Shown in pieces: positions 38,335 through 47,600 of a DNA stretch of 64,000 nucleotides (position 1 is its first letter; each line of letters opens with the position of its first letter). The position numbers were made by a program, and so were the translations under genes. The stretch is from a bacterium (GTDB taxonomy: Bacteria; UBA10199; 2-02-FULL-50-16; JAJFLM01). A model generated the notes under the pieces. The model ran no database searches, was not told the DNA's origin, and saw nothing but the letters and a program-made list of their open reading frames with translations. The stretch is from NCBI GenBank assembly GCA_965216315.1, contig CBDCFN010000016.1, positions 1,056,001 to 1,120,000 on the forward strand, read 5' to 3'.

Positions 38335-41300
38335 ATGTTAGGACTCAACGCACAATATAGCCTCACCCAGGCGGGTGTGATGGCCGCTGTTTCTACGGCG
38401 GGTCTACGCCATATCTATGGGATAGCCGGGACGCTTGAGAATAACCTGCGCCTTAATATCCCGATGGAGAGTATTGCCGAAACGTTGGCCCCGCAAGTGG
38501 CTCAGCTTGAATGGGATCAGAAGGGTAAACAGCCGCAGCTCATACACCAAAATCGCATGCTCGAGCGTATTGTCGCCGGCACAGTCTATCCCGATGCCGA
38601 CGGTAGAAAAACCGACGCGCATGTCGTTTTGGGATCCATTTACCATGCGATTGAGCGGATCAATCCGCAGCTCTATCAGGAACTGTCCGGTTTTGCGGGC
38701 AAACTCACTTTGCCGCCGCCATCGATGTCATCTCGACGGAGGACGACAGGACATTATTCAAGCGCCGCGCCACCGGCTGCGACTGTCGTGCCGAAACATC
38801 GTGAAGGCCAAATTGAATGCCTGCATTGTCAGAGTTGGAATCCCGTTAGTAAGAGTTTCTGCGGTGACTGCGGAGAAGACATTTCGGATGATTCTCAATA
38901 TGTGCCGCGGGCGCAAAACATGCGCGGAACAATCTTGTTTACAGACTTTCAAGGATTTACCGATATGAGTCAGTCAATGCCGGCAGAAGTATTGTTCGGG
39001 TGGCTCAATAGACAGTTCAATCTATTGGGAGCCGAGATCATGCGGCAAGGGGGATGGTTCGTTAAAAACATCGGCGATGCGATCATGGTGGTCTTTAATC
39101 AACACGAAGATCATGCCCGGCGTGGAGTCAGTACAGCGGTTCGCATGTTGCAGATTCTTGAGCAGGTCAACCCGCAGCTCAAGGGCATGGGCCTTCCGGC
39201 CTTGCAAATGAGGATTGGCGTGCACACAGGGAATATTGCAGTTGGCTATCTCGGTGGGCCTGGTTCAAAACGAGCGGATGCGATAGGCCGTGCCGTTAAT
39301 TTGGCTTCACGGCTGGAGAGTTTCAAATTGGAAAAGGGAGCTCGAACCATAAATGTTCCTGACGGAAACCGCGTCCTTGTCTCCGGTGCGACCCTGTCAG
39401 AACTAGCCGGAGGCTTTGAACATAGCTTCATTGATAAAGTAGCTTTCAAGGGAGTTGAGCAGCCGGTTGAAGTTTATCACATTCAAGGTGAGTTGCCGGG
39501 GGCCAGTGTCGCCGACCGCTATGCAGGTTCCCAAAGCCAGTTTCGGGGGCGTCGGCGAGAAATGGATCAATTGCAAGCGACCTTTGTTCAAGCGATGCAG
39601 GGACAGCCTCAGTTGGCACTTATCTCCGGCGAGGCGGGCCAGGGAAAGAGTCGACTCGCGCTTGAATTCTTGAATTCAATGAAGGGGCCGCGGGAACGTC
39701 ATATCAAAGTCATAGCCGCACGTGGGGTTGATAGGGATTATCATCCTCCCTATGCCTTGATGAGCGATGCCCTGACGCACTTGGCCGGTATCGAAGCCGA
39801 TGATGAGTTGGAAGAGATTGAGGTCAAAATTCGGAGTCTGGTTTGGTTGTCAAAAGGTCTTGGAGCTGAAGAGCAAGAACAGATGGCGCAGTTGCTGGGA
39901 CGCTTGATGGGGATTCCCTTTCGAACGGAGTTTTCCCCGCAGGAACGGCTGAAGCGCGAGACGATAGAAATGCGCCAAAGAGTCTTCGATAATATTGAAT
40001 CAATGGCTTCAGACCAAAATGTCTTGCGTATGGCAATTCATCGCGCTGTCATTCAATTCTTTCAAGAACATTCCCGCTATTTTTCCCTAATACTTTCTCT
40101 GGAAGATGTGCATTGGTCCGACCAGGAATCATTGGAGCTGTTGCACGAAGTATTCGCATCGCTTGAAGACCGACCGGTAATGGTTGTGGGGACCATGAGG
40201 CCCGAATTTGATACGGGACCCGGTTTTCAGCTCGAAGATATTTTTGCAGGGGATTATAAGGCCGAGCCGATACAGCTCCGTGAGTTATCGATGACGGACA
40301 TGCGCTCCATTGTACAAGACATACTTGGTGAAAGCTCTCAAACGGATCCGGAAGTGGTTAATTACGTCATCTGGCAAGCGGCCGGTAATGTTTTTTTACT
40401 GCATGAAATGGCCCAGGCGGTTAAGGATGGTTGGTTGCAACGCGGAGAGACACCTGAAGAGTGGCGTTTGGTGGGTGCGCATGATGAGCGTCGCACCGTC
40501 GGTGCCGATAATTTTTTACAGACGCGCCTCGAACGATTATCTCCGGCCGAACGCAGTGTCGTTGACTATGCGGCGGTAATTTCCGATGCCTTTGATTTAC
40601 AGTTAATACAAGAATTGGGGATCCCCAATGCGGGCGTTCATTTAGGGCAACTGGTTCAAAAACAGATCCTTCATCAAGACCGACAAGGTAAGTACCGCTT
40701 TCGCCATGATATGATGCGTGCAAAGGCCTATGCGATGATGAGTCATGAAACGCGCCGTGACCTGCATCGCGACATGGCGGAGTTGCTGGTTGAGCATGAA
40801 GTAGAGGACAAAGCTCTTATAGCGTATCATTTGGATAAGGGAGAACAGACGGTAGCGGCGGCCCGCTATTATTTGGATGGCGCCGAACAAGCGCAAGAAC
40901 GCGCACTCTACCGGCAGGCGCTTAGATATTACGATCGTGTCTTTGCCTTGGGTCGCGAAGAAGATAATCAATTGGCTTTGCGGGGTTTGTTGGGGGGGAA
41001 TGAAGTCGCTCTGGATATGCGCGATACCGAATCGGCCTATGCGCGTATCGAATTGGCAGCAGATCTCTTGCAGTCAGGTATTGAACGTGAAGTCAGATCT
41101 CAGTATTTTTATCGCCTCGCCCATACGTTGCAAGTTGACCGTAATGATGAAATCAAAGCGAATTTGTTCGCTGCTGAGCAGGCCGTAAAAAACGCACTAA
41201 AGCGATACGATGACGTCGAAGTATCACCTATGAAAGCGCAATTGTTGGCGACGTTGGGACGGATTTACGCGGAACGCAGGGACTTTCAGGTGGGGCAAAC

Positions 41301-42804
41301 CTATATTCGTCAGGCGATTGTTACGGCCAAAGCGGCTCATGATGATGATGTGGTTGCGGAAACCTATCTCCACCAGATGTATATGGACCTGCAGTATGGA
41401 GACTATGGGTCGGTTATCAAGTTAGGCAATGATGTCGATGCCTTGCTCAAATCCCCTAAGTTTGCCAAGCGCCGGATTGCCCGAAACGTGAATGTAGGAG
41501 GCGCGCACATCAATCTGGGTAATTACGAGGAGGCGCTGCGCATTTATCAAGTGACGGAGACGCTGTCGCGTGAAAAATTTGCAGGGACCTACCTTCCCAA
41601 TATCGTTCCTAACGTCGGGACCTGTTTGCGTCTCCTGGGTCGATCGGAATTGGCGCTCCAACATCTCGATCGTGCGATTGAACTCTTTAGCCACCAACCC
41701 AACGCCTTTATGGCGGGGGTGACGCAACTCTATCGTGCGCTGACTCTCCTCGACCTTAAGCGCTATGACGAGGCCGACGAGGCGGCGACCCGAGTCTATG
41801 CCGTTTCACAGGCGGGGAATGAGCCCGATCCAAAATTAGAGGCGATGGCGCACATGGCTCATGCCCAGATCCAATTAGCTCAAGATCAACTGCAAGCGGC
41901 CGAACAAAGTAGCGCTGAAGCCTATCGATTGTTGTTGGCATCTGAGTGGCATATTGAGGAGTTTGATTTAGAGATTGCGCTGACACATGCGCGCATCCTG
42001 TGGAAGCAGGGTAAGAGCGAGGAGGCGTGGCAGGTCCTTCATGGAACCGAGCAGGTCAAGGGGGCCAGGCAGGAGCTTGTGCTACGGGCAGAGAAACTCG
42101 ACTTGGCGTTGCAGGCGAATTTCTATCATCGGAATCGGGTCAATGCGGCGATCGTTCAGATGTGGGAAGCTATTCAGTTAGAGAGGTTGCGAAGTAATAG
42201 TAACGCTAGCCTGGGGGCTATCGTGCAGGAAGCGCTTACGCGAGTTCAGCCGGGCATGTTGACGCCTGATATTGAGGCTTATGCGCAGCAGGAGCCAGGG
42301 AAGCTGTCGGCGCTGAGAGAAGTCGGTAATCATCAGCTGGTTGGGGTTCTACTTAACTCACCATATATAGTCACGCTGGGAACAGTACTATCAAGGAAAT
42401 TAGAAGAGATGGGGGCTGCAGAAACGATGGAAGCCGGACTTTCATTGACCCGTGCCGTGTGGCGCCCTTCGTTTAATGAAGATGGCAGGCCCATTGTTTA
42501 TTGGGATTTTGATCTTGATTCCGACAATGTGCAGATCTTAAGTGCTTTAAACACCATTGGAAATGTTAGGCGTCACATTCATGCGACGTATGAAGGAGAT
42601 GTGAGCTACAGTGATGGAGTCATTAAAGTTACCTTCAACTTAACGCAAGAAACGGAGACCTTCACGACGGACCAATTTGGAGCTATCGAGTTACTCATTG
42701 GCGCGACCACCGATGGGCGCTCCGTTTTGGCGCTGCGCGCTGAAAAGGGTGCCTTTACAGCGCGACCGGATATCTTACTCCAGGACTTAGCCGAAGGTCT
42801 CTAA
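38335..42804 (+). CDS. Zn-ribbon / class III adenylate cyclase / P-loop NTPase / TPR protein
   Basis: Zn ribbon CLHC..FCGDCG. Cyclase motifs FTDFQGFT, KNIGDA, RIGVHTG and DAIGRAVNLASRLE. Walker A GEAGQGKS and Walker B LEDVHW. TPR region. Start set to ATG 38335. Confidence 0.9.
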   Translation: MLGLNAQYSLTQAGVMAAVSTAGLRHIYGIAGTLENNLRLNIPMESIAETLAPQVAQLEWDQKGKQPQLIHQNRMLERIVAGTVYPDADGRKTDAHVVLGSIYHAIERINPQLYQELSGFAGKLTLPPPSMSSRRRTTGHYSSAAPPAATVVPKHREGQIECLHCQSWNPVSKSFCGDCGEDISDDSQYVPRAQNMRGTILFTDFQGFTDMSQSMPAEVLFGWLNRQFNLLGAEIMRQGGWFVKNIGDAIMVVFNQHEDHARRGVSTAVRMLQILEQVNPQLKGMGLPALQMRIGVHTGNIAVGYLGGPGSKRADAIGRAVNLASRLESFKLEKGARTINVPDGNRVLVSGATLSELAGGFEHSFIDKVAFKGVEQPVEVYHIQGELPGASVADRYAGSQSQFRGRRREMDQLQATFVQAMQGQPQLALISGEAGQGKSRLALEFLNSMKGPRERHIKVIAARGVDRDYHPPYALMSDALTHLAGIEADDELEEIEVKIRSLVWLSKGLGAEEQEQMAQLLGRLMGIPFRTEFSPQERLKRETIEMRQRVFDNIESMASDQNVLRMAIHRAVIQFFQEHSRYFSLILSLEDVHWSDQESLELLHEVFASLEDRPVMVVGTMRPEFDTGPGFQLEDIFAGDYKAEPIQLRELSMTDMRSIVQDILGESSQTDPEVVNYVIWQAAGNVFLLHEMAQAVKDGWLQRGETPEEWRLVGAHDERRTVGADNFLQTRLERLSPAERSVVDYAAVISDAFDLQLIQELGIPNAGVHLGQLVQKQILHQDRQGKYRFRHDMMRAKAYAMMSHETRRDLHRDMAELLVEHEVEDKALIAYHLDKGEQTVAAARYYLDGAEQAQERALYRQALRYYDRVFALGREEDNQLALRGLLGGNEVALDMRDTESAYARIELAADLLQSGIEREVRSQYFYRLAHTLQVDRNDEIKANLFAAEQAVKNALKRYDDVEVSPMKAQLLATLGRIYAERRDFQVGQTYIRQAIVTAKAAHDDDVVAETYLHQMYMDLQYGDYGSVIKLGNDVDALLKSPKFAKRRIARNVNVGGAHINLGNYEEALRIYQVTETLSREKFAGTYLPNIVPNVGTCLRLLGRSELALQHLDRAIELFSHQPNAFMAGVTQLYRALTLLDLKRYDEADEAATRVYAVSQAGNEPDPKLEAMAHMAHAQIQLAQDQLQAAEQSSAEAYRLLLASEWHIEEFDLEIALTHARILWKQGKSEEAWQVLHGTEQVKGARQELVLRAEKLDLALQANFYHRNRVNAAIVQMWEAIQLERLRSNSNASLGAIVQEALTRVQPGMLTPDIEAYAQQEPGKLSALREVGNHQLVGVLLNSPYIVTLGTVLSRKLEEMGAAETMEAGLSLTRAVWRPSFNEDGRPIVYWDFDLDSDNVQILSALNTIGNVRRHIHATYEGDVSYSDGVIKVTFNLTQETETFTTDQFGAIELLIGATTDGRSVLALRAEKGAFTARPDILLQDLAEGL

Positions 42805-44177
42805 TTTACCGTAAAGATCAGTGAAGCTGTTCCTCCCGTGATAGTACTCATCGTTATTAAGTATTGCTGTCCCACACTTAAGGCAGGGGATGGGTTGGAA
42901 GCCGCGCCAAACGGGACGGCATCGGCAATGTTGTAGTTCCCATAAGTCACGGGTGATTGCAGTGGAATCAGATTGTCATTTTCATCCTGGCCACTCACGA
43001 TGCCATAAATCGTGCTCCCAGTACCGGCAGTTGATACCAGGAGGGTTGCCGCTTGCCCGAAAGGCCAGCTGATCGTCGGAAAGCTGCCGCTACCGGACAA
43101 CTGGATGTCGGCATCCGCGCCGTTTGATCCAATCGTGCCATCGATATTGCTGAAGCCGTCGATACTGAAGGAACCGGATCCGGTATTGTCATCATCTTCG
43201 GTTGCATCGTCCAACTCGTCTAGGGAATGCATGACGACGGATTGAAAATTAGACCCTTCCGAGATAGTTACATTTTCCATGACGCCGCGGATGTAGCCGT
43301 CTTGAAAGACGACAAAGTCCCAAAGTCCGACAGGGACGTTACTAAAATTATTGTCTCCGGCGGCTCCCATGTAGATCGGGCTTAAGTTGGTGCTCTGACT
43401 CTTGACTAGGTTCGAAGTATTATCCTTCTTGGCACCGACCAGGTGACTATTTTTCTTAATGTCGATTAAATTGCCGACAGCATCCTTCATCTCGACCAGG
43501 ATGCGCCCGGTTTTGCTTAGGGCAGACTTAATAAAGCCGGTGCCTTCATTATTCTCGGCTATGAAGATGCTCAAATCCAGCCTATGCTCGTCGAATTCCT
43601 TTTTCATGGTTCCGGAGTTTTCATTCCAGGCTTCAGCCGGGCTCTTCCCGGAATCAATTGATTTTTGAATGCCGTCTTCAATCCTTTTGACGCGCGCTTT
43701 GGTGTTAAGTCCAAAATTAAGCAGTGGCAGTGCCATTGCGGTCAGGATAGCGGCGGCCCCGAGGATCTGAAGCACAATTCCGGCCTGCAAATCCGGGGAG
43801 TCTTCGTCGAGTGTGAAGGCGACCGTGCCGCCATTGGTCGTGATAAAGTTGACCAGGGCGGTTTCATCGGCCTGAAGTTGTTGTAGGTCAGCGAGGGCCT
43901 CATCGAGCTGGGGAACAGCCTTATCCTTAAAGTAATTGAGTACCTTGTTGCCGGAATTTTCATCGAAGACGGTGATATCGCCAAATTCATCATTGATTTT
44001 GTCAAAGTCGCTGATGAGTTCACTGATCGTATTTGTTAATTGTTCCGAGGAGTCGTTTTGGCTGGATGCCGTTGATTGACCTGTGTTGCCACCACCGCCG
44101 CCGCAGCCAATGAAACTCATGCTCACGACGAGAGACGGGACTAGAATATTCCGGATTAGAAAGGACTTGATGGACAT
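42801..44177 (-). CDS. Hypothetical lipoprotein
   Basis: Signal ending in FIG-C then GGGGG; helical N-half with an internal hydrophobic segment; beta-rich C-half. Confidence 0.72.
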   Translation of the reverse strand: MSIKSFLIRNILVPSLVVSMSFIGCGGGGGNTGQSTASSQNDSSEQLTNTISELISDFDKINDEFGDITVFDENSGNKVLNYFKDKAVPQLDEALADLQQLQADETALVNFITTNGGTVAFTLDEDSPDLQAGIVLQILGAAAILTAMALPLLNFGLNTKARVKRIEDGIQKSIDSGKSPAEAWNENSGTMKKEFDEHRLDLSIFIAENNEGTGFIKSALSKTGRILVEMKDAVGNLIDIKKNSHLVGAKKDNTSNLVKSQSTNLSPIYMGAAGDNNFSNVPVGLWDFVVFQDGYIRGVMENVTISEGSNFQSVVMHSLDELDDATEDDDNTGSGSFSIDGFSNIDGTIGSNGADADIQLSGSGSFPTISWPFGQAATLLVSTAGTGSTIYGIVSGQDENDNLIPLQSPVTYGNYNIADAVPFGAASNPSPALSVGQQYLITMSTITGGTASLIFTVN

Positions 44178-44238
44178 CACGAAACCCCCTTTTCTTTGCT
44201 TTCTAGCCCTAAATAGCTTAAATTTCCATCACTTATTC

Positions 44239-44730
44239 ATGATTATCGAAAATTCTTCAGCGAAGCGGAATAGATCCTTCATTTTTAGTATCCTGGCCTT
44301 GGCGGTTGTCGGGGGGGTTGCCGCCCTCTGGCTTCGCAATCCCCAATTATTTCCAGCTAAATCGGCGGTTGCGCCGAGTGGTGATCAGCTTGAGTTAGAT
44401 GAGCGTTGTGCGATGTATCGGGTTTCCATTGAAAAAAAGATCGGAGAGCAGCGCTTTTATGCCAAGCGCGCCAGGACGAGTGCCAATTATACTTTGAAAC
44501 GAATTTTTTATAGCCCGCGCACGCAATCGTGTCTCTATGTGGCGATGACAACCGTTTTTAAGTCGGCGGAGATTGAAGCGATTATTCTTAATCTTGCCAA
44601 TGCTTCCGATCATGAGACGATTCATAGTGCTTGGCTCTATTGGGGCACGGACGAATTTGCGGCCGAGAAAGGTCGCTTCGAGCATGTCGTTGCTCAGTAT
44701 CAACGGGTTGAAGTGACGGAGGCGCCGTAA
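44239..44730 (+). CDS. Hypothetical membrane-anchored protein
   Basis: ATG 44239; N-terminal TM helix FIFSILALAVVGGVAALW; Cys pair (ERC..IFYSPRTQSCLY). Confidence 0.6.
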   Translation: MIIENSSAKRNRSFIFSILALAVVGGVAALWLRNPQLFPAKSAVAPSGDQLELDERCAMYRVSIEKKIGEQRFYAKRARTSANYTLKRIFYSPRTQSCLYVAMTTVFKSAEIEAIILNLANASDHETIHSAWLYWGTDEFAAEKGRFEHVVAQYQRVEVTEAP

Positions 44731-44745
44731 GCGTGCTTTATGCGA

Positions 44746-44775
44746 TTGACATGTCTCCAGACCAAGCCTTAGAAT
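44746..44775 (+). promoter_or_regulatory. Sigma70-type promoter of the nfeD-SPFH operon
   Basis: TTGACA-N18-TAGAAT followed by a GGAGG SD. Confidence 0.7.
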
Positions 44776-44799
44776 TACGTTCCTGTTGGGAGGACTGAG

Positions 44800-45261
44800 A
44801 TGGATTCTTTAAATTTTTGGACGCAGCCGCCTTTGCTTTGGTTCCTCATCGGTTTGGTTTTGATGCTTATCGAATTCGTGAGTGCCGGGGTTGTCATCCT
44901 TTTTTTTGGGGTGGGCGCATGGATTGTCGCGTTAATCACGTTGCTTGTTCCGGTCTCTTTAACCGGACAGCTGATTATTTTTCTCCTTACCTCCGTCTTA
45001 ATGCTGGTTACCTTGCGTAAATGGTTGAAAGGGATGCTAAGCGGTAAATTATCGTGGTTTAGAGGGAGGGAGGGCGAAATAGAAGAGTTTGTTGGTAAAC
45101 GCGCCACGGTTGAAGCGGCCATTTCGCCTCATGTCCGTGGTAAAGTGTCTTTTCATGGGAGCCTATGGGACGCCCAATCAGATGTCGACATTAAGGCAGG
45201 GTCCACTGTCGAAATTGTCGCCAGCGATAGCATTACCTTAATAGTAAAGCCAATATCATAA
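44800..45261 (+). CDS. NfeD family membrane protein
   Basis: TM helices plus an OB-fold tail GKVSFHGSLWDAQS; adjacent to an SPFH gene. Confidence 0.9.
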   Translation: MDSLNFWTQPPLLWFLIGLVLMLIEFVSAGVVILFFGVGAWIVALITLLVPVSLTGQLIIFLLTSVLMLVTLRKWLKGMLSGKLSWFRGREGEIEEFVGKRATVEAAISPHVRGKVSFHGSLWDAQSDVDIKAGSTVEIVASDSITLIVKPIS

Positions 45262-45272
45262 GAGAGGATTTA

Positions 45273-46232
45273 ATGATGATCTTAAATATCATGCTCATTG
45301 GGCTGGTCATATTTGCCTTAGTCACTTTTTATAAAACGATCCGGGTGGTTCCGCAGAAAACCGCATTCATTATCGAGCGGTTGGGAAAGTACAGTAATAC
45401 ACTGACGGCAGGGCTTCATATACTGGTCCCTTTTATTGATAAGGTATCCTATAAGCATACGCTAAAAGAGCAGGCCCTCGATGTGCCCTCACAGATTTGT
45501 ATCACTAGGGATAATATTGCCGTAGAGGTCGATGGAATTATTTATCTGCAGGTTATTGATGCGGCAAAAGCATCTTATGGAATAACGAATTACCAGTTTG
45601 CTTCAACTCAGCTCGCGCAAACAACGATGCGTAGTATTATTGGTAAGCTAGACCTCGATAAAACCTTTGAAGAACGCGAAACGATTAACGGAGCTATTGT
45701 TGAGGCAGTCGATAAGGCGTCTGAGCCTTGGGGTGTCAAGGTCACTCGTTATGAGGTTAAAAATATTATTCCTCCGCAGAGCATCAAAGATGCAATGGAA
45801 AAACAGATGCGTGCTGAGCGTGAGAAGCGGGCCGTCATCGCCGAATCAGAAGGTGATAAGCAGGCCAAGATCAATCGGGCCCAAGGTGAAAAACAGGAGA
45901 CGATCTCTGTTTCCGAAGGTGAGATGCAGCGCCGCATCAATGAAGCGGAAGGGCGTGCCCAGGAGATTGAGCGCGTGGCGAATGCGACCGCCAAGGGAAT
46001 TAGAGAAGTTGCTCTGGCCATCAATGATGAGGGTGGGCTTGATGCCGTTAATATGCGGATCGCGGAGCAATATCTCGATGAATTCGGGAACTTGGCGCGC
46101 ACGAATAATACGCTCATTATTCCTTCCAATGTTTCTGATATTGCCGGAATGGTCGCTTCGGCGATGACGGTGATCAAGGGCGAGAGTAATGGGAAGGGTA
46201 AGGTCCGCGGCAAGGTGAAAGTCGCTGAGTAA
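45273..46232 (+). CDS. SPFH/stomatin-like (QmcA/paraslipin) protein
   Basis: IIERLGKY, ITRDN, AQTTMRS and QMRAEREKRA motifs. Confidence 0.93.
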   Translation: MMILNIMLIGLVIFALVTFYKTIRVVPQKTAFIIERLGKYSNTLTAGLHILVPFIDKVSYKHTLKEQALDVPSQICITRDNIAVEVDGIIYLQVIDAAKASYGITNYQFASTQLAQTTMRSIIGKLDLDKTFEERETINGAIVEAVDKASEPWGVKVTRYEVKNIIPPQSIKDAMEKQMRAEREKRAVIAESEGDKQAKINRAQGEKQETISVSEGEMQRRINEAEGRAQEIERVANATAKGIREVALAINDEGGLDAVNMRIAEQYLDEFGNLARTNNTLIIPSNVSDIAGMVASAMTVIKGESNGKGKVRGKVKVAE

Positions 46233-46233
46233 A

Positions 46234-46758
46234 ATGAAAACGACCATCTTTACAGTATTGTTATTAGTTCTATCATCGGGGGCGCAGGCCCGGACGGTTT
46301 CGCCGGAGAAAAGTCCGTCAAAAAAGCCGCCTTTGGAGGTGTTTATTCCATCCGGTTGGCAGATGGAGGCGCCGTGGTCAATAGAGTATTCCTATTCCGC
46401 GAAAGCAGCCCTGCTGGCCCCCGGGGCGGATCCGAATGTCCAGTGTCGCGTCAAGTTCCGGGAGGAAACGACTCCGGAATTTCGGCAAAGTAACTACCAA
46501 GCAAGGATTCTGAACGAAGTGCGAACTTCTCGTAGTAACTTCAATGTCTTAAATCAGTCAGCGTTTCCCATTGAAGGTCGCGAAGCAACGCGCGTGACAG
46601 CATCCTGGAATGAGGGTGGCCGACTTGTAAAAGGGGTTTTTTATTTCCTCTCCAAGGCGCAACGCAAAGTTGTCATGGAATGTGTCGGTCCCTCTAAGGA
46701 TCATGAGCGGCTCGTATCCGGTTTCGATCAAATCGCGCAACGGCTCAAAATTCATTAG
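46234..46758 (+). CDS. Secreted hypothetical protein (PsbP/DcrB-like)
   Basis: Signal peptide AQA|R; IPSGW, IEGREA and FDQIAQRLKI pattern. Confidence 0.55.
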   Translation: MKTTIFTVLLLVLSSGAQARTVSPEKSPSKKPPLEVFIPSGWQMEAPWSIEYSYSAKAALLAPGADPNVQCRVKFREETTPEFRQSNYQARILNEVRTSRSNFNVLNQSAFPIEGREATRVTASWNEGGRLVKGVFYFLSKAQRKVVMECVGPSKDHERLVSGFDQIAQRLKIH

Positions 46759-46792
46759 CCAAAAGTCACCACGACATTATAAAGAGTCCTTA

Positions 46793-47125
46793 ATGGACAA
46801 GACGCAGGCTCCTAAAAACATCGCTGTCGCCAAGGGCCCGCCGGGACTCATGATTGAATGGGAAGATGGATTGAAAAGGAAGATTCCTTTTATCACGCTT
46901 CGCAAAGAGTGTCCCTGCGCCGAATGTCGGGGGGAAAGAACGCCATTGGATCTGGCTCCGGATGAGTTGCCGACGGCACGACCCCTGAGCGATAAAGCGG
47001 CAATTTGCCAGAATATGTATAAAATCGGGGGATATGCTGTCGGTTTTGTCTGGGGGGACGGTCATGACAGCGGCATCTACAGCTGGGAGTATTTAAGAGC
47101 GCTTGCGGAGGGTATTGATGACTGA
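46793..47125 (+). CDS. DUF971 / gamma-butyrobetaine hydroxylase-like N-terminal domain protein
   Basis: LRKECPCAEC, IGGYA and WGDGHDSGIYSWEYL motifs. Confidence 0.88.
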   Translation: MDKTQAPKNIAVAKGPPGLMIEWEDGLKRKIPFITLRKECPCAECRGERTPLDLAPDELPTARPLSDKAAICQNMYKIGGYAVGFVWGDGHDSGIYSWEYLRALAEGIDD

Positions 47126-47561
47126 GCAGCCCGCCCGCGGCACTGTCCAGACCGTTTGTGAAGTTCGCTTCTCTGATACGGATGCCATGGGGCACGTCAA
47201 TAATGCCCGGTTTTTTAGCTACATGGAGCAGGCGCGGGTGGCCTATATCGCCCGCCTCATGCTGGATGTAGATTATAAAGAGGGTGTTCGCTCTTTCCCT
47301 TTTATTCTAGCCGATATCCAGTGTGCCTTTAAATCTCCTTTGTATGTAGGTGAAGTTGTGACGGTTTTTATTTCCGTTGCCTCAATTGGGACCAAGAGCT
47401 TTGTCTTCGAGTATTCCCTGATGGAGCAGGGATCCGGTCGGTTGGTAGCGACGGGTCGGAGTGTCCAGGTTCTCTATGATTACAAGCAGGAAGCGAGTTA
47501 CCCCATGCCGGACGAGATGAGGCGCAGTATTGAGGCCTTGGAGGGGCGCTCCTTCGCGTAA
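47118..47561 (+). CDS. Acyl-CoA thioesterase (4HBT/YbgC family)
   Basis: VRFSDTDAMGHVNNARF; GGAGG SD before ATG 47118. Confidence 0.9.
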   Translation: MTEQPARGTVQTVCEVRFSDTDAMGHVNNARFFSYMEQARVAYIARLMLDVDYKEGVRSFPFILADIQCAFKSPLYVGEVVTVFISVASIGTKSFVFEYSLMEQGSGRLVATGRSVQVLYDYKQEASYPMPDEMRRSIEALEGRSFA

Positions 47562-47565
47562 TTCT

Positions 47566-47591
47566 ACGCAACTTCTATTATGAGGGCCCGA
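47566..47591 (+). promoter_or_regulatory. Alternative-sigma promoter-like motif ACGCAAC-N15-CCGA
   Basis: ACGCAAC TTCTATTATGAGGGC CCGA TGAGCGTAT ATG, with no SD. Confidence 0.65.
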
Positions 47592-47600
47592 TGAGCGTAT

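Noticed and set aside
38335..42804. Anti-phage system (Avs, Pycsar or CBASS-like)
   Set aside because: The cyclase-NTPase-TPR architecture is a common signalling type. There is no cNMP-binding effector or defence-island context, so it cannot be supported, although it is not excluded.
21161..42804. Convergent stop-codon overlaps (21161-21197, 23687-23690, 30391-30394, 42801-42804)
   Set aside because: Common in compact genomes; no evidence of special function.
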